64,000 nucleotides of DNA, from assembly GCA_016930075.1 (NCBI GenBank), contig JAFGHS010000140.1, positions 676 to 64,675 on the forward strand. Direction: 5' to 3'. This DNA comes from Deltaproteobacteria bacterium. GTDB lineage: Bacteria > Desulfobacterota > Syntrophia > Syntrophales > JAFGHS01. The translations under genes were made by a program, and so were the position numbers. This document shows positions 8,312 through 18,276 of this stretch, piece by piece. The notes below the pieces were generated by a model. It did no database searches. It had not been told where the DNA came from and was given only the letters and a program-made list of their open reading frames with translations. How positions within the stretch are numbered: the stretch's first letter is position 1; the number at the start of each line of letters is the position of its first letter.

Positions 8312-10210
8312 GTGATTCTTGTTTTGAAGCAGGGGATCAGCCCCGACGAGAAAGAGCAATTAATGGACTTGCTGCGTTCGGAAAACTGCCGGATCAAAGA
8401 GATCGAAGGCGTTGAGGAAACCATTCTCGGCATCGTGGGAACAATTCAAAAAGATATCCGCTACTTTGAAACCCTTCCCGGGGTGGCCAAGGTGCTCCCT
8501 GTATCCAAGGGCTACAAGCTGGTGAGCCGTGAAATGCACCCGTCCGACTCGGTGATCAGGGTGGGGGATGTGTCCATCGGCGGCGACCGGCTCGTCGTGA
8601 TTGCCGGGCCCTGTGGCGTGGAAGACCGGAAGCGAACCCTCGACATTGCCCGGGTCGTGCGTCGTTATGGGGCCGTCCTTTTCCGGGGCGGCGCCTTTAA
8701 GCCCCGGACGTCTCCTTACGCTTTCCAGGGTTTGGGCGAAGACGGGCTCAAAATCCTTTCGGAGGTCCGGGAAGAAACGGGCATGGGAATCGTCACCGAA
8801 ATGACTTCAACCGGCCAGGCGGACTTGATGATGAAGTATGTGGACGTCGTTCAAATCGGGGCTCGCAACATGCAGAATTTTGAACTGCTCAAATGCGTGG
8901 GACGCATCGGCAAACCCGTCCTTCTCAAGCGGGGCCTTTCGGCCACCATCGAGGAATGGCTCATGTCCGCCGAATACATTCTTTCCGAAGGAAATGACCA
9001 GGTCATTCTGTGCGAGCGGGGCATTCGCACCTTTGAGCGTTACACCCGGAACACCCTCGATCTCACCGCCGTTCCCGTCATTAAGAAGCTCACACACCTT
9101 CCCATCATCGTTGACCCGAGCCATGCAACGGGCATTCGCGAAAAAGTGAGCCCCATGGCCCGTGCATCCATCGCTGCCGGCGCCGACGGGCTTATTATCG
9201 AAGTCCACACAGAACCCGATAAGGCGCTCTCCGACGGCCCTCAAAGCCTCTACCCGGAACAATTTGAAAAGCTCATGCGGGACCTCTATGTCATCGCTCC
9301 CGTTGTCGGCAAGCAACTTGATTACACCTACCTGGAAAAGGCTGCCGTTATGAAGAAGCGCGGCGGGGCAACCAGGCTTCCGCCCAGGGTCGTCTATACG
9401 GGTGTTTCCGGTTCATTCAGCCACAAAGCCTCCGAACAATTCTTCGGCACCGACATTCCCTGCCGGACATGCTCATCCTCCAGAGAAATATTTGATGCCG
9501 TTCAAAACGAAGAGGGCGCCCTGGGGATCATTCCCGTTGAAAACAGCCTGACGGGGAGCTTTCATGAGAACTACGATCTCCTGCTGGAATACGATCTCAA
9601 GATTGTGGGTGAACTGACTTTGAAGAGCGTTCACAACCTCATTGGATTCAAAGGCGCCGCCATGAACAGCATTCAAAAAGTCTATGCTCATCCGCAGGTC
9701 TTTCAGCAATGCAGAGAATTTCTGGCCAAATACCCTCAGTGGGATGTCGTGGCGGTTCAGGATTCCGCAACGGCCGTCCGGAGGGTCAAGGAAAACAATG
9801 ACCCCGTTGAAGCGGCCATTGCAGGAAAAGACATGGCGGAACTGTATCAAATGACCCTGCTCAAGGAAGGTATTGAAACCAACCCCCGGAATTTCAACCG
9901 CTTCGTCGTCATTTCCAGGACGCCTTTTCTGGACGGTCCAAACAACAAATCATCGCTGATCTATTCCGTCGGCAACAAACCAGGATCTCTATACGCAACA
10001 TTGAAGATATTTGCCGAAAACAACATCAATCTGGTCAAGCTGGAATCCCGCCCCCGGCAGGACAAGCCTTGGGAATATCTCTTCTATGCAGACGTAGAGA
10101 TAGACATCTGCCATAACGAGCATCGACACATCCTGGAGGGCCTGAAAGAAAAAACCGAATTTTTCAAACTGCTGGGCTGTTATCGACGGGGGTTTGAACT
10201 GGATTCCTGA
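8312..10210 (+). CDS. fusion protein: regulatory FL domain + type I-beta 3-deoxy-7-phosphoheptulonate synthase + prephenate dehydratase/ACT
   Basis: 632 aa. N-terminal ~70-aa ferredoxin-like domain, DAHPS core ([30 protein letters not shown]), then PDT ([10 protein letters not shown]...) and ACT ([10 protein letters not shown]...LESRP). GTG start after AAGGAGG. Confidence 0.9.
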   Translation: MILVLKQGISPDEKEQLMDLLRSENCRIKEIEGVEETILGIVGTIQKDIRYFETLPGVAKVLPVSKGYKLVSREMHPSDSVIRVGDVSIGGDRLVVIAGPCGVEDRKRTLDIARVVRRYGAVLFRGGAFKPRTSPYAFQGLGEDGLKILSEVREETGMGIVTEMTSTGQADLMMKYVDVVQIGARNMQNFELLKCVGRIGKPVLLKRGLSATIEEWLMSAEYILSEGNDQVILCERGIRTFERYTRNTLDLTAVPVIKKLTHLPIIVDPSHATGIREKVSPMARASIAAGADGLIIEVHTEPDKALSDGPQSLYPEQFEKLMRDLYVIAPVVGKQLDYTYLEKAAVMKKRGGATRLPPRVVYTGVSGSFSHKASEQFFGTDIPCRTCSSSREIFDAVQNEEGALGIIPVENSLTGSFHENYDLLLEYDLKIVGELTLKSVHNLIGFKGAAMNSIQKVYAHPQVFQQCREFLAKYPQWDVVAVQDSATAVRRVKENNDPVEAAIAGKDMAELYQMTLLKEGIETNPRNFNRFVVISRTPFLDGPNNKSSLIYSVGNKPGSLYATLKIFAENNINLVKLESRPRQDKPWEYLFYADVEIDICHNEHRHILEGLKEKTEFFKLLGCYRRGFELDS

Positions 10211-10422
10211 CCACCTTCTGGCGCCCGTAATTCGTCCGCGTTTCCTTCTTGACAAGGCCAAAATCAAGGCGATTGCCGACGACGCCGGGGGTAACGCCTC
10301 CGAAATTGGGACGGTTCTATTTAATTCTGTGGAAAAAACAGACCCAGGCCCAATACGGATCCATTACCGATCCTACCTATCCCCTTAACGATTTCCTGCC
10401 TGATGCGCGCGTATCGGCAAGT

Positions 10423-11202
10423 CTACCTTTTAAGCGGCCCCCCCGACATAAAGCGCGCTTGAAATCGCCGCATTCCCTGAAGCCAGCGATCATAATCGGC
10501 CGTCTTTCTCTGCATGTAAGTCTTTACCTCCGGATGGGGCAATATCAGGAATTCTTCCTTTCTTAACCCCTCGATCACGGCCTCGGCCAGTTGCTCCGGT
10601 TCCATCAGGCCGTCAACGGCGGCCACGCCGCCGTCCGGTCCGGCCATGGCTGTGCGAACGGCCTGGGGGCACAGGGCGAACACCTTGATGCCCTCATCAC
10701 CGTATGTGATCGAGAGATTTTCAGCCAATCCCACGGCGGCATGTTTGGTCACGGAATAGGGTAAAGAGCCGATCTGGCTCAAGAGTCCTGCCGCGGATGA
10801 TGTAATCATAATCGCCCCGCCGCCCCGCTTGATCATTCCCGGAATCGCCGCCCTGCCGACAAAGACATGGGCCAGAACGTTGACTTCCCAGATGCGCTGC
10901 CACTCGTCATTCGGACATTCCACGCCGCCGACGGCAATGATGCCGGCATTGGAGCAGATGAGATCGACGGCACCATAGGTCTCTTCCGTAAAGCGGACCA
11001 GCCGGATCACATCCTCTTCCCTGCTGACATCACATAAGAGAGCCGCACCCTTAATTTCTTCAGCAACGGCCTTGGCCGCAACCTCATTAATATCCGCTAC
11101 CACAACGGCTTTAGCGCCTTCTTTGGCGAACCGCCGACATAAAGCCGCGCCGATTCCCAGGGCGCCGCCTGTTACAACCACTACTTTACCCGCAATATCC
11201 AT
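10423..11202 (-). CDS. SDR family oxidoreductase
   Basis: TGGALGIG NAD(P)-binding motif and YSVTKHA catalytic motif. ATG at 11202 preceded by AAGGAGA (the track start at 11220 is GTG inside the RBS region). Confidence 0.9.
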   Translation of the reverse strand: MDIAGKVVVVTGGALGIGAALCRRFAKEGAKAVVVADINEVAAKAVAEEIKGAALLCDVSREEDVIRLVRFTEETYGAVDLICSNAGIIAVGGVECPNDEWQRIWEVNVLAHVFVGRAAIPGMIKRGGGAIMITSSAAGLLSQIGSLPYSVTKHAAVGLAENLSITYGDEGIKVFALCPQAVRTAMAGPDGGVAAVDGLMEPEQLAEAVIEGLRKEEFLILPHPEVKTYMQRKTADYDRWLQGMRRFQARFMSGGPLKR

Positions 11203-11363
11203 CGTCTTCTCCTTCTGCACGATATATTTGACGGGGCACTATATCTTTTTTCTATACTGCCTTTCAAGGGTTTGATTAGAAAATGGATATATTACGGTAT
11301 TGTCCAAATCACATAAATCAGCTATGATGCATTTACATAAAAGATGGAAAGGAGAAATATCTC

Positions 11364-11822
11364 ATGTCTGTAGCATCGGTAATAAAAGATATGGAACCGT
11401 TCATCGGGAAAGAAATTTTTCTCTCCGACTGGACACAGGTAACGCAGGAACAGATTAATCAGTTTGCCGACAGTACGAAAGATCATCAGTGGATTCATGT
11501 GGATGTGGAAAAAGCCGCCCAGGGACCGTTCGGTCAAACCATTGCCCACGGGTACCTGACCCTCTCCCATTTGCCGTTTTTCAGTTACCAGGCTCCGCTG
11601 AAAATGGAAGGCGCCACAATGGGCATCAACTACGGTCTGGACAGGGTCCGCTTTATCAATCCTGTGGTTTCCGGCGCGAGAATACGCGACCGGATTGTGC
11701 TTACGGCCGTGGAAGAAAAACCGGGCAACCGGATCCTCGTGACGCAAACCCACACCATCGAGATAGAGGGTCAGGAAAAACCGGCCTGCATTGCCCAGGC
11801 CCTGTCCATGACGTTTTTCTAA
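11364..11822 (+). CDS. MaoC-like (R)-specific enoyl-CoA hydratase/dehydratase
   Basis: 152-aa hot-dog fold with the typical ...DSTKDHQWIHVDVEKA...FGQTIAHGY pattern. RBS AAAGGAG. Confidence 0.9.
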   Translation: MSVASVIKDMEPFIGKEIFLSDWTQVTQEQINQFADSTKDHQWIHVDVEKAAQGPFGQTIAHGYLTLSHLPFFSYQAPLKMEGATMGINYGLDRVRFINPVVSGARIRDRIVLTAVEEKPGNRILVTQTHTIEIEGQEKPACIAQALSMTFF

Positions 11823-11838
11823 GGATGTGTCTGTTGCT

Positions 11839-11866
11839 CAAACAGGCGGGATTGCCCGCCTGTTTG
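11839..11866. terminator. strong GC hairpin between convergent genes (possible bidirectional terminator)
   Basis: CAAACAGGCGGG (11839-11850), loop ATTG, CCCGCCTGTTTG (11855-11866): a 12-bp perfect stem. No clear U-tract. Confidence 0.45.
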
Positions 11867-11991
11867 ACAATGAAGCCTCGATGCGCCCATATCGACAGCG
11901 CACAGGTTATTCCTTGCAAAACCCATTAACCGGTTAACATATTAATATAAATAACGAAAAAGTCTCCATCAGAATAATCTTGTCTGTCAGG

Positions 11992-12378
11992 TCATGAGCC
12001 GGTTTTGGGAATATTCAAGGATATAAGGCAGATGCCCCACCGGCCGTTGACTTTGGTCACGACCCAGAGCGCCTCGTGCGTCACGTATTTGGTGCCGTCG
12101 GCTTTGTAACGGCTGTAAGCCAGCTTGAAATGGACCTTATTGTCCCATACCTGCACCGCTTCGATATAATCAAAGACACTATGATGCCAGCCCTCGGTCT
12201 CGACCAGTGTTTTTACGGGAGATTCAAAATCAGCGGCTGTGGCAACAGGCCGCACGCGGGTGTTAATAATCCAACTGAACGGGAAATGAAAATGGTTGCG
12301 GATCGCTTCCTCATCCTGCGCGTTAAAAGCGGCAAAGTAATCTTCCATGGCCTTTTTGGCCTCTTCAACTGCGGACAT
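11992..12378 (-). CDS. NTF2-like/SnoaL-like small protein
   Basis: 128 aa from the ATG after AAGGAGGG. Pattern AMEDYFAAFNAQDEEAI...W..VTKVNGRWGI is typical of the NTF2-like fold. Confidence 0.6.
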   Translation of the reverse strand: MSAVEEAKKAMEDYFAAFNAQDEEAIRNHFHFPFSWIINTRVRPVATAADFESPVKTLVETEGWHHSVFDYIEAVQVWDNKVHFKLAYSRYKADGTKYVTHEALWVVTKVNGRWGICLISLNIPKTGS

Positions 12379-12413
12379 GACAACCCTCCTTATCAGAATT
12401 ATTTTTTGCGATT

Positions 12414-13457
12414 TTACCACCAGTTTAGCACATCTTCCGCAAATCCAAGAAAATTCTTGATTTGCAGCGTCGTTCCATCGTCAAGCACCGCCTTGCCCGT
12501 AAACGTCCCGAAAACCTGATGCTGGATGCTTTTTATAAACAGGACAGCCGTTTCGCTGCGGCGATCGATGAGGGGACGAAAGTCCATTTCAAATCGCCCG
12601 TCGCTGCTGGTAAACTGCCAGGGGGCCAGGTAGTCGTCCGTATTCAGGTGAAAAGTAACATCCTCCAGCTTGTGGGCCTTATTTTTATAAAACAGCATGT
12701 TTTCCGTGGCCGGTGTCCGATCACTGAAACCGTAGCCGATATTCCAGCCGAACGGATGGCCGTCGAGCAAACTGGAGGCTGATCCCCAGTACCATCTGTT
12801 TTTATAGGTCCAATATCCGCGTCCCCAGTCCAGGACGCCGAAACACGATTTTGGATCAAACTCGTATCTCTTATTACCCAGGGTGATCAATCCCCGCGCG
12901 GGCATGCAATTCGTCTTTTGATTATAATAAAAGGCCCGGCGATTCTCCGCCCACGAGGTGGCGATGACCATGCTGTCCATGACCGGGTCCTGGAAGAGAA
13001 CCAGTTCCCCCTTCAGCCCCCGTTCTCCCTGAAGCCCCGTATATCCGGGAACGTCGACCTGAATGACCCTCTCCGGACCGGATTTGCTGTATTTGAGGCT
13101 TAGTTTCTTATCCTTGAAGGATACGCCGCCCAGATCGGGGGTCGAGGGAAAGCCGAGTTTCCCTTTCGGCAGGATCGACATCGTATCGACCTGCCGGCAG
13201 CTTTTTTCTTTGAAATCAAGCCAACAGACGGCAGCCATCCCGATATAACCAAGATCCGCCACGGTAAAAGTTATGCCGAAGCCGCCTTCCGGCGCGAGGA
13301 TCGCATAGTAATCCCATTCCTTAATGCGATGCCAACCCGCTTTTATTTTGTTTCGGTCATATCGCCAGAAGGCCTGTGTGGCGTAGCCCGGCGTGGTGAG
13401 CAGCCCGTTATCATCGAGCAGTTCGCATGGTTCAGTGATTCTCTGTTGAATGCGCAT
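12414..13457 (-). CDS. DUF2804-family protein
   Basis: 347 aa. The N-terminus ...LLDDNGLLTTPGYA...WHRIKEWDYYAI matches my recollection of DUF2804 proteins. Confidence 0.7.
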   Translation of the reverse strand: MRIQQRITEPCELLDDNGLLTTPGYATQAFWRYDRNKIKAGWHRIKEWDYYAILAPEGGFGITFTVADLGYIGMAAVCWLDFKEKSCRQVDTMSILPKGKLGFPSTPDLGGVSFKDKKLSLKYSKSGPERVIQVDVPGYTGLQGERGLKGELVLFQDPVMDSMVIATSWAENRRAFYYNQKTNCMPARGLITLGNKRYEFDPKSCFGVLDWGRGYWTYKNRWYWGSASSLLDGHPFGWNIGYGFSDRTPATENMLFYKNKAHKLEDVTFHLNTDDYLAPWQFTSSDGRFEMDFRPLIDRRSETAVLFIKSIQHQVFGTFTGKAVLDDGTTLQIKNFLGFAEDVLNWW

Positions 13458-13515
13458 ACCAGCCTCTCTAACCCCATATTTTATGGACCCGGTTGACGGC
13501 TTTTTCTACATTTCT

Positions 13516-15738
13516 TCATGTCGCCTCCACCCGGCACGGGACATAGCGGTGCATGGGGGTTCCGACGAAGTCCCGGTTGGTGTTTTTTGTTAACCGGTTG
13601 ACATTGACGCCGTATGTAACGCCGTTATAGACCAGACCGAAGCCGTGCGGCATGACGACATGGCCTTTTCGGGCATGAGGCGTCACTTCGGCCTCGATGG
13701 TTTCCTCACCCGCTTCCGTGACGACCCTGACCGTCTGTTTGTCGACGATGCCGAGCGCTTCCGCATCCGCGGGGTGGATGGCCAGGGTGCACGTTCTTCT
13801 GCCTTTGTTCCACGCGGGGTCTCTCATGCCGGTGTTGGCGTTCGTGTCGATGTGCCTGCCCGCCATCAGAATCAGCGGGAAATCAGGATCGGGTTTGAGT
13901 TGTTCTTCTTCATCGGCGGCGTTTATTTTTTTAATCCAGTCGTCGACTTCCGGATTATGAAGTTGAATTTTCTTGTTCTTGATTGAGATATTTGCCTCAA
14001 GGTTCTTATCAGGATCGCGCATGCCGACCAATACCCCTTCCGGATGGTTCATGATGGCCTGATACAGGGACAGGCCCTGGTCCGGCCCTACAGGAAACCC
14101 CGCCTTTGCCGCTTCCTCCTGGCGGGATTTGGGTAGTTGCAGGAATAAGGGGACAATGCTCGCCAAATGGGTCGAGCCCAACGCAGGACCCAGTGTTTTC
14201 GCAATGATAAAGTGCGCGGCGCCGGCATTTTCCGGGGAAGCCATCATAAACTCCGCCAGCTTCTGACCGTATGCATTGAGGTCTGCGCTTCGTGCCGCCT
14301 CGTACAGGGATTCAGGAATGGGGGGAATGAGGCCCATCGCGTCGGCCAGGAGGGTGAAGATCTCGGCATTTTCTTTTTGCTCTCCTTCTGCTTCCACCAC
14401 GGGAGACCTCATCCGGGCGTAAACTTTCGAGAAGCCCTGACCGGGGTTTCCATCCCATGACTCAAAAGCCGTTTTACAGGGAAGAACATAATGGGCCAGG
14501 GTGGCCGTCTCGCTCATGACGATGTCGGCCACGACCAAGAGATCAAGCTTCTGAAAGGCTTTTTCATAGGCTGTCGTATCGGCGTATGAACGCAAGGGAT
14601 TTGCGGCGTAACACAGGACGGCACGCAACCGGTCCGGATGGTCATTCATGATTTCTTCCGGCAAAACGTTGGGCGGGAACATGCCGCTGATGGCGGGAAT
14701 GTTCGTCGCCAAGGTTCTCCATACCTTTGGATCTCTGGGGTCCGACCCGCCTCCGCCGCCCTGCAAAAAATTCCCGCCCGGCACGCCGATCCGCCCGCAA
14801 AGTGTCAGCAGCAAAACGAGGAGATAGGATACGAGCGCGCTGTGCCGGTTCATCAGGATTCCGAGGTCATCCAGAATGCTGGAACGCCGCGTGGCCAATT
14901 CACGGCAGACCCTGGCCACCGGATCATAATCAAGCTCACAGACCTTTAGGGCGGCTTTTGCGTCAAATCCGGCAAACCAGGGCAGGATTGCGTCGAACCC
15001 GTCGGCATGTTCGGCGATATATTCCTTATGATAAAGGCCTTCATTGAGAATGATGGAAATCATCGACTTGATGAGGAGGGAATCCGTTCCGGGGAGGATC
15101 GCCAGGTGAATATCGGCGATTCGGGCGGTTTCGGAAACTCGCGGGTCCACGACGACCAGCAGCCGATCCGGGTCTTTGGACATCTTCTGCAATCTGCGCG
15201 GCGCCTGGGGAAAATGATGGCTCATCATGGGATTCTTCCCGATGAGCATCAGCATGTCGCAATGCTCGAAATCCGATTCCATCTGGATGCTTTGACTTCC
15301 CAACGTCAGGCCGTGGGCCCAATACCGGCCGGAAAACTCCTGATTCGCAGCGGAATAGTTCCACCGTGAACCAAGCCGCCGTACGAGGCGAATAGGGAAA
15401 CCCATGCTTAGAAAACTGAACTCCCCGCCGCCGACGAGCGATGCCAGCGAGCGCGGCCCATGCTGACCGAGGATACCCTTCAGTTTTTCAGAAATCTCAC
15501 TGATGGCCTGGTCCCAGGAGACCCGCTGAAATCCATTTCCTACTTTCTTAAGCGGAAAGAGCACCCTGTCTTTATTGTGCTGATGGTAGGCTACGTTCAT
15601 CCCTTTCCTGCATATATATCCTTCACTTATCGCGCAGTCCTTGTCTCCGCGAACTTTGACGATACGATTGTTTTCCACCTGCACTTCCAGTCCGCAACCA
15701 TTGGCGCACAATACGCAAGCTGTTTTCTTCCACGACAT
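13516..15738 (-). CDS. molybdopterin (bis-MGD) oxidoreductase family protein
   Basis: N-terminal 4Fe-4S motif CVLCANGCG...CRKG, molybdopterin oxidoreductase core and C-terminal dinucleotide-binding domain. Start MSWKK at 15738 follows AAAGGAG (alternative 15744); the track's upstream extension runs into a repeat. Confidence 0.85.
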   Translation of the reverse strand: MSWKKTACVLCANGCGLEVQVENNRIVKVRGDKDCAISEGYICRKGMNVAYHQHNKDRVLFPLKKVGNGFQRVSWDQAISEISEKLKGILGQHGPRSLASLVGGGEFSFLSMGFPIRLVRRLGSRWNYSAANQEFSGRYWAHGLTLGSQSIQMESDFEHCDMLMLIGKNPMMSHHFPQAPRRLQKMSKDPDRLLVVVDPRVSETARIADIHLAILPGTDSLLIKSMISIILNEGLYHKEYIAEHADGFDAILPWFAGFDAKAALKVCELDYDPVARVCRELATRRSSILDDLGILMNRHSALVSYLLVLLLTLCGRIGVPGGNFLQGGGGGSDPRDPKVWRTLATNIPAISGMFPPNVLPEEIMNDHPDRLRAVLCYAANPLRSYADTTAYEKAFQKLDLLVVADIVMSETATLAHYVLPCKTAFESWDGNPGQGFSKVYARMRSPVVEAEGEQKENAEIFTLLADAMGLIPPIPESLYEAARSADLNAYGQKLAEFMMASPENAGAAHFIIAKTLGPALGSTHLASIVPLFLQLPKSRQEEAAKAGFPVGPDQGLSLYQAIMNHPEGVLVGMRDPDKNLEANISIKNKKIQLHNPEVDDWIKKINAADEEEQLKPDPDFPLILMAGRHIDTNANTGMRDPAWNKGRRTCTLAIHPADAEALGIVDKQTVRVVTEAGEETIEAEVTPHARKGHVVMPHGFGLVYNGVTYGVNVNRLTKNTNRDFVGTPMHRYVPCRVEAT

Positions 15739-15760
15739 ATTCATTTCTCCTTTCAATAGT

Positions 15761-15906
15761 TGACGACCTCGTAAAAAGTCGTCACCCCGGCGAAAGCCGG
15801 GGTCCAGTGCTATTGTAAACACTTGATCCCGCCGTGGCGGGACTGGATACCGGCTTTCGCCGGTATGACGTGGCCGGTGACTTATTGACTTTTTACGAGT
15901 TCATCA
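15761..15906 (+). repeat. 146-bp MITE-like palindromic element, copy 1
   Basis: 136/146 identical by my hand count to 28091-28236. 17-bp imperfect terminal inverted repeats (TGACGACCTCGTAAAAA / TTTTTACGAGTTCATCA). Four internal hairpins, including inward-facing 28-nt units at 15780-15807 and 15843-15870. Confidence 0.8.
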
Positions 15907-15978
15907 GATTTCTCACTTCGTTCCAAATGACAATACGTTACCGAAATTTTATACCCCTGGACTTGGGCCGTTTCCTTG

Positions 15979-17367
15979 TCATCCGGCCCTGCCTGCCGAC
16001 ACTTTCCGGGGACGCCATGCCCCCAGCCATAATGAACCGGCGGTAATCAGTCCGTAGGCGGCCATTCCCGCAGCGATGCAGGCATAGATATGATTGAGTC
16101 CGAAACCCAACCACTTTACGCCGATCACGGCGATGATTCCGGCAATGCCGAAACGCACAAAAGTAGCCGTTACGGGCCAGAAGACTCTGCCCGCACCCTG
16201 GGCGGCAAAGTAAAGCGACAGTCCCAGCCCCTGGAATAGAAACACGGGCCCGACGATTCTCAGGTAGGCCGCCCCCGTCTCATAGACGGCAGGGTCGGCG
16301 GTAAAAATGTTGATCCACATTCCGGGATAGAAGGCCAGGCAAAGACCGACGATACCGGTCAGAAATGCGGCGCAACCGCCTCCCACCCATCCGATACGTT
16401 CCGCCCGGATCAGGTTTCCCGCCCCCGTATTCATGCCGACAAGGGCCGTCATGGCCGCGCCCAGGCCGAAGACCATGGGTATCAGCAAAAATTCCAGACG
16501 AGCAACGATGCCGTATCCGGCGACAGCCGACGGCCCCAGGGCGCTGATCAATCCGTTTATCAAGCTGATGGTCAGGACGGAAAATACGGGAGATAAGGAA
16601 GCCAATGCGCCGACGCGGAGAATATCCTTAATTAAAAGCCACTGAATCTGGAATCTGGCAAGGCGCAAAGGAACAGACACCTTTCCGGCGCTTAGCATGA
16701 TCAACAGGATCACGGTGTTTACCCCGGAAGTAAAAATTGATGCGATAGCCGCCCCGCTGATCCCCATTTTGGAAAAACCGAACCAGCCCAGGATCAATGC
16801 GCCTGCCGTCAACACATGTATCATTGCGCCAAACGCCATGAGCATTGACGGGAACCGCATATTGCCCATTCCGCGAAAAACAGAACTCAGAATTTGCGCA
16901 AGCCAGATCAGGACGCATCCTGTGAAAAGGACATTGCCGTAAGCCGTCGCTTCCGTGAGCACCGGGCCGCGGGCGCCAAGCCAGGTAAGGAGCTCAATGC
17001 CAAAGAGCCAGTAGGCGGTGAAGAAAAAAGCCCCGCCCGCCAGGGCGAGGATAATTGCATGCCAAATCAGCCGCTCAGCCCTTGCCATGTCGTGACTACC
17101 GATGGCCCTGGCAACAGCGCTGGAGACAGCCCCGCCGATTGATCCGGCGGCAAGCATCTGCATCAGCATCAGACCGGGAAACATGAGGGCAATCGCGGCA
17201 AGCGAAATCGTGCCTAACTGAGCAATGTACCATATTTCCGTCATGCTCACGCAGGCCTGTATGAAAAAGGCGAGGGCGTTGGGACTGGCCATGCGCAGCA
17301 ACAGCGGCAACACAGCGCCGCTGAGGATGTCCTGCGTACGGTTATCCATATTCCCTCGATTCATCAA
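15979..17367 (-). CDS. MATE family efflux transporter
   Basis: 462 aa, about 12 TM segments, MATE/NorM-like sequence pattern. Confidence 0.9.
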   Translation of the reverse strand: MMNRGNMDNRTQDILSGAVLPLLLRMASPNALAFFIQACVSMTEIWYIAQLGTISLAAIALMFPGLMLMQMLAAGSIGGAVSSAVARAIGSHDMARAERLIWHAIILALAGGAFFFTAYWLFGIELLTWLGARGPVLTEATAYGNVLFTGCVLIWLAQILSSVFRGMGNMRFPSMLMAFGAMIHVLTAGALILGWFGFSKMGISGAAIASIFTSGVNTVILLIMLSAGKVSVPLRLARFQIQWLLIKDILRVGALASLSPVFSVLTISLINGLISALGPSAVAGYGIVARLEFLLIPMVFGLGAAMTALVGMNTGAGNLIRAERIGWVGGGCAAFLTGIVGLCLAFYPGMWINIFTADPAVYETGAAYLRIVGPVFLFQGLGLSLYFAAQGAGRVFWPVTATFVRFGIAGIIAVIGVKWLGFGLNHIYACIAAGMAAYGLITAGSLWLGAWRPRKVSAGRAG

Positions 17368-17376
17368 TCAGCTCCG

Positions 17377-18045
17377 TTAACCCCGCGCGTTTTCCGTGTT
17401 TAGGATGCCGAAAATCTTCATGAACTCATCGACTTTCTCCGGCGAGCCGGTAATCTGTATGTTCCTCGTAAGGCGGCTTCGTTCGGTCCGGGGGGCCGTC
17501 ATGAGAGCAGCCCAGGTTTCCGGCGTCGTTGTGACGGACACATCCGCGTTGGGGTCTTCTTCCCCCCGGCGGCTCAGCCAGGATTCATTGTCGTAAGACA
17601 GGGCATAGGTTGCCTGGGGAAAATGCAAGTTCCAGGTTATCTTATGCGCCGGATACCGGTTTTTTTTGTTGAGCGAAAAGGTCAGGCCCCGCATCATCAG
17701 ATCGGGATGGACGACCTCACCCGGAACGGGGGGCCGCATGGCATAGCGAAAACCCCAGACCGTCAGGGCCTCCACGACCGGTCCGAGATCGCGACCGGCC
17801 GACGTCAGGCTGTACCATACTGCACGATGCCCCGATTGATTGTTGCGCTGGACAATGCCGGCTTCCTCCAGATCCCGGAGGCGCCGGGTGAGCCATTTAG
17901 GAGTGATGTTGCTGAGAGAGCCGATCAAGTCGGTGAATCGCTGCGGCCCGGAGAGGAGATCGCGGATAATGAGCAGCGACCACTTGTCGCCGATTTTTTC
18001 CACGGCCCGTGCAACAGGGCAGAAATGCCGGAAAGATTGCGTCAT
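17377..18045 (-). CDS. HxlR-family transcriptional regulator with extra C-terminal (SCP2-like) domain
   Basis: FCPVARAVEKIGDKWSLLIIRDLL...RFTDL is the HxlR wHTH signature, followed by a ~110-aa extension. ATG at 18045 preferred (track start is TTG at 18105). Confidence 0.8.
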   Translation of the reverse strand: MTQSFRHFCPVARAVEKIGDKWSLLIIRDLLSGPQRFTDLIGSLSNITPKWLTRRLRDLEEAGIVQRNNQSGHRAVWYSLTSAGRDLGPVVEALTVWGFRYAMRPPVPGEVVHPDLMMRGLTFSLNKKNRYPAHKITWNLHFPQATYALSYDNESWLSRRGEEDPNADVSVTTTPETWAALMTAPRTERSRLTRNIQITGSPEKVDEFMKIFGILNTENARG

Positions 18046-18276
18046 GAACAATGCCTTTACAAAAGATAGTATCCTTTGGATAGCATTATCCCTGAGATCT
18101 GTCAAAAAATTTTCGGACGACGATACAAAGTATCATTATTTATGTACCTTCGGCCGTCCCGACACTTGCAAGCAGGGTAAGACATAATGATTGACAAACA
18201 ATGATGAATAATAATATCTTTTCAGCCGTATATGCCGAATTTTGTCGGCATCTTTGGGAAAGGGGGCGTAACGATC

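Noticed and set aside
15739-15822. N-terminal extension (MFTIALDPGFRRGDDFLRGRQLLKGE) of the molybdopterin oxidoreductase ORF
   Set aside because: The extension is the translated 146-bp repeat. A good RBS (AAAGGAG) precedes the internal MNMSWKK start, and the Fe-S motif begins right after it.
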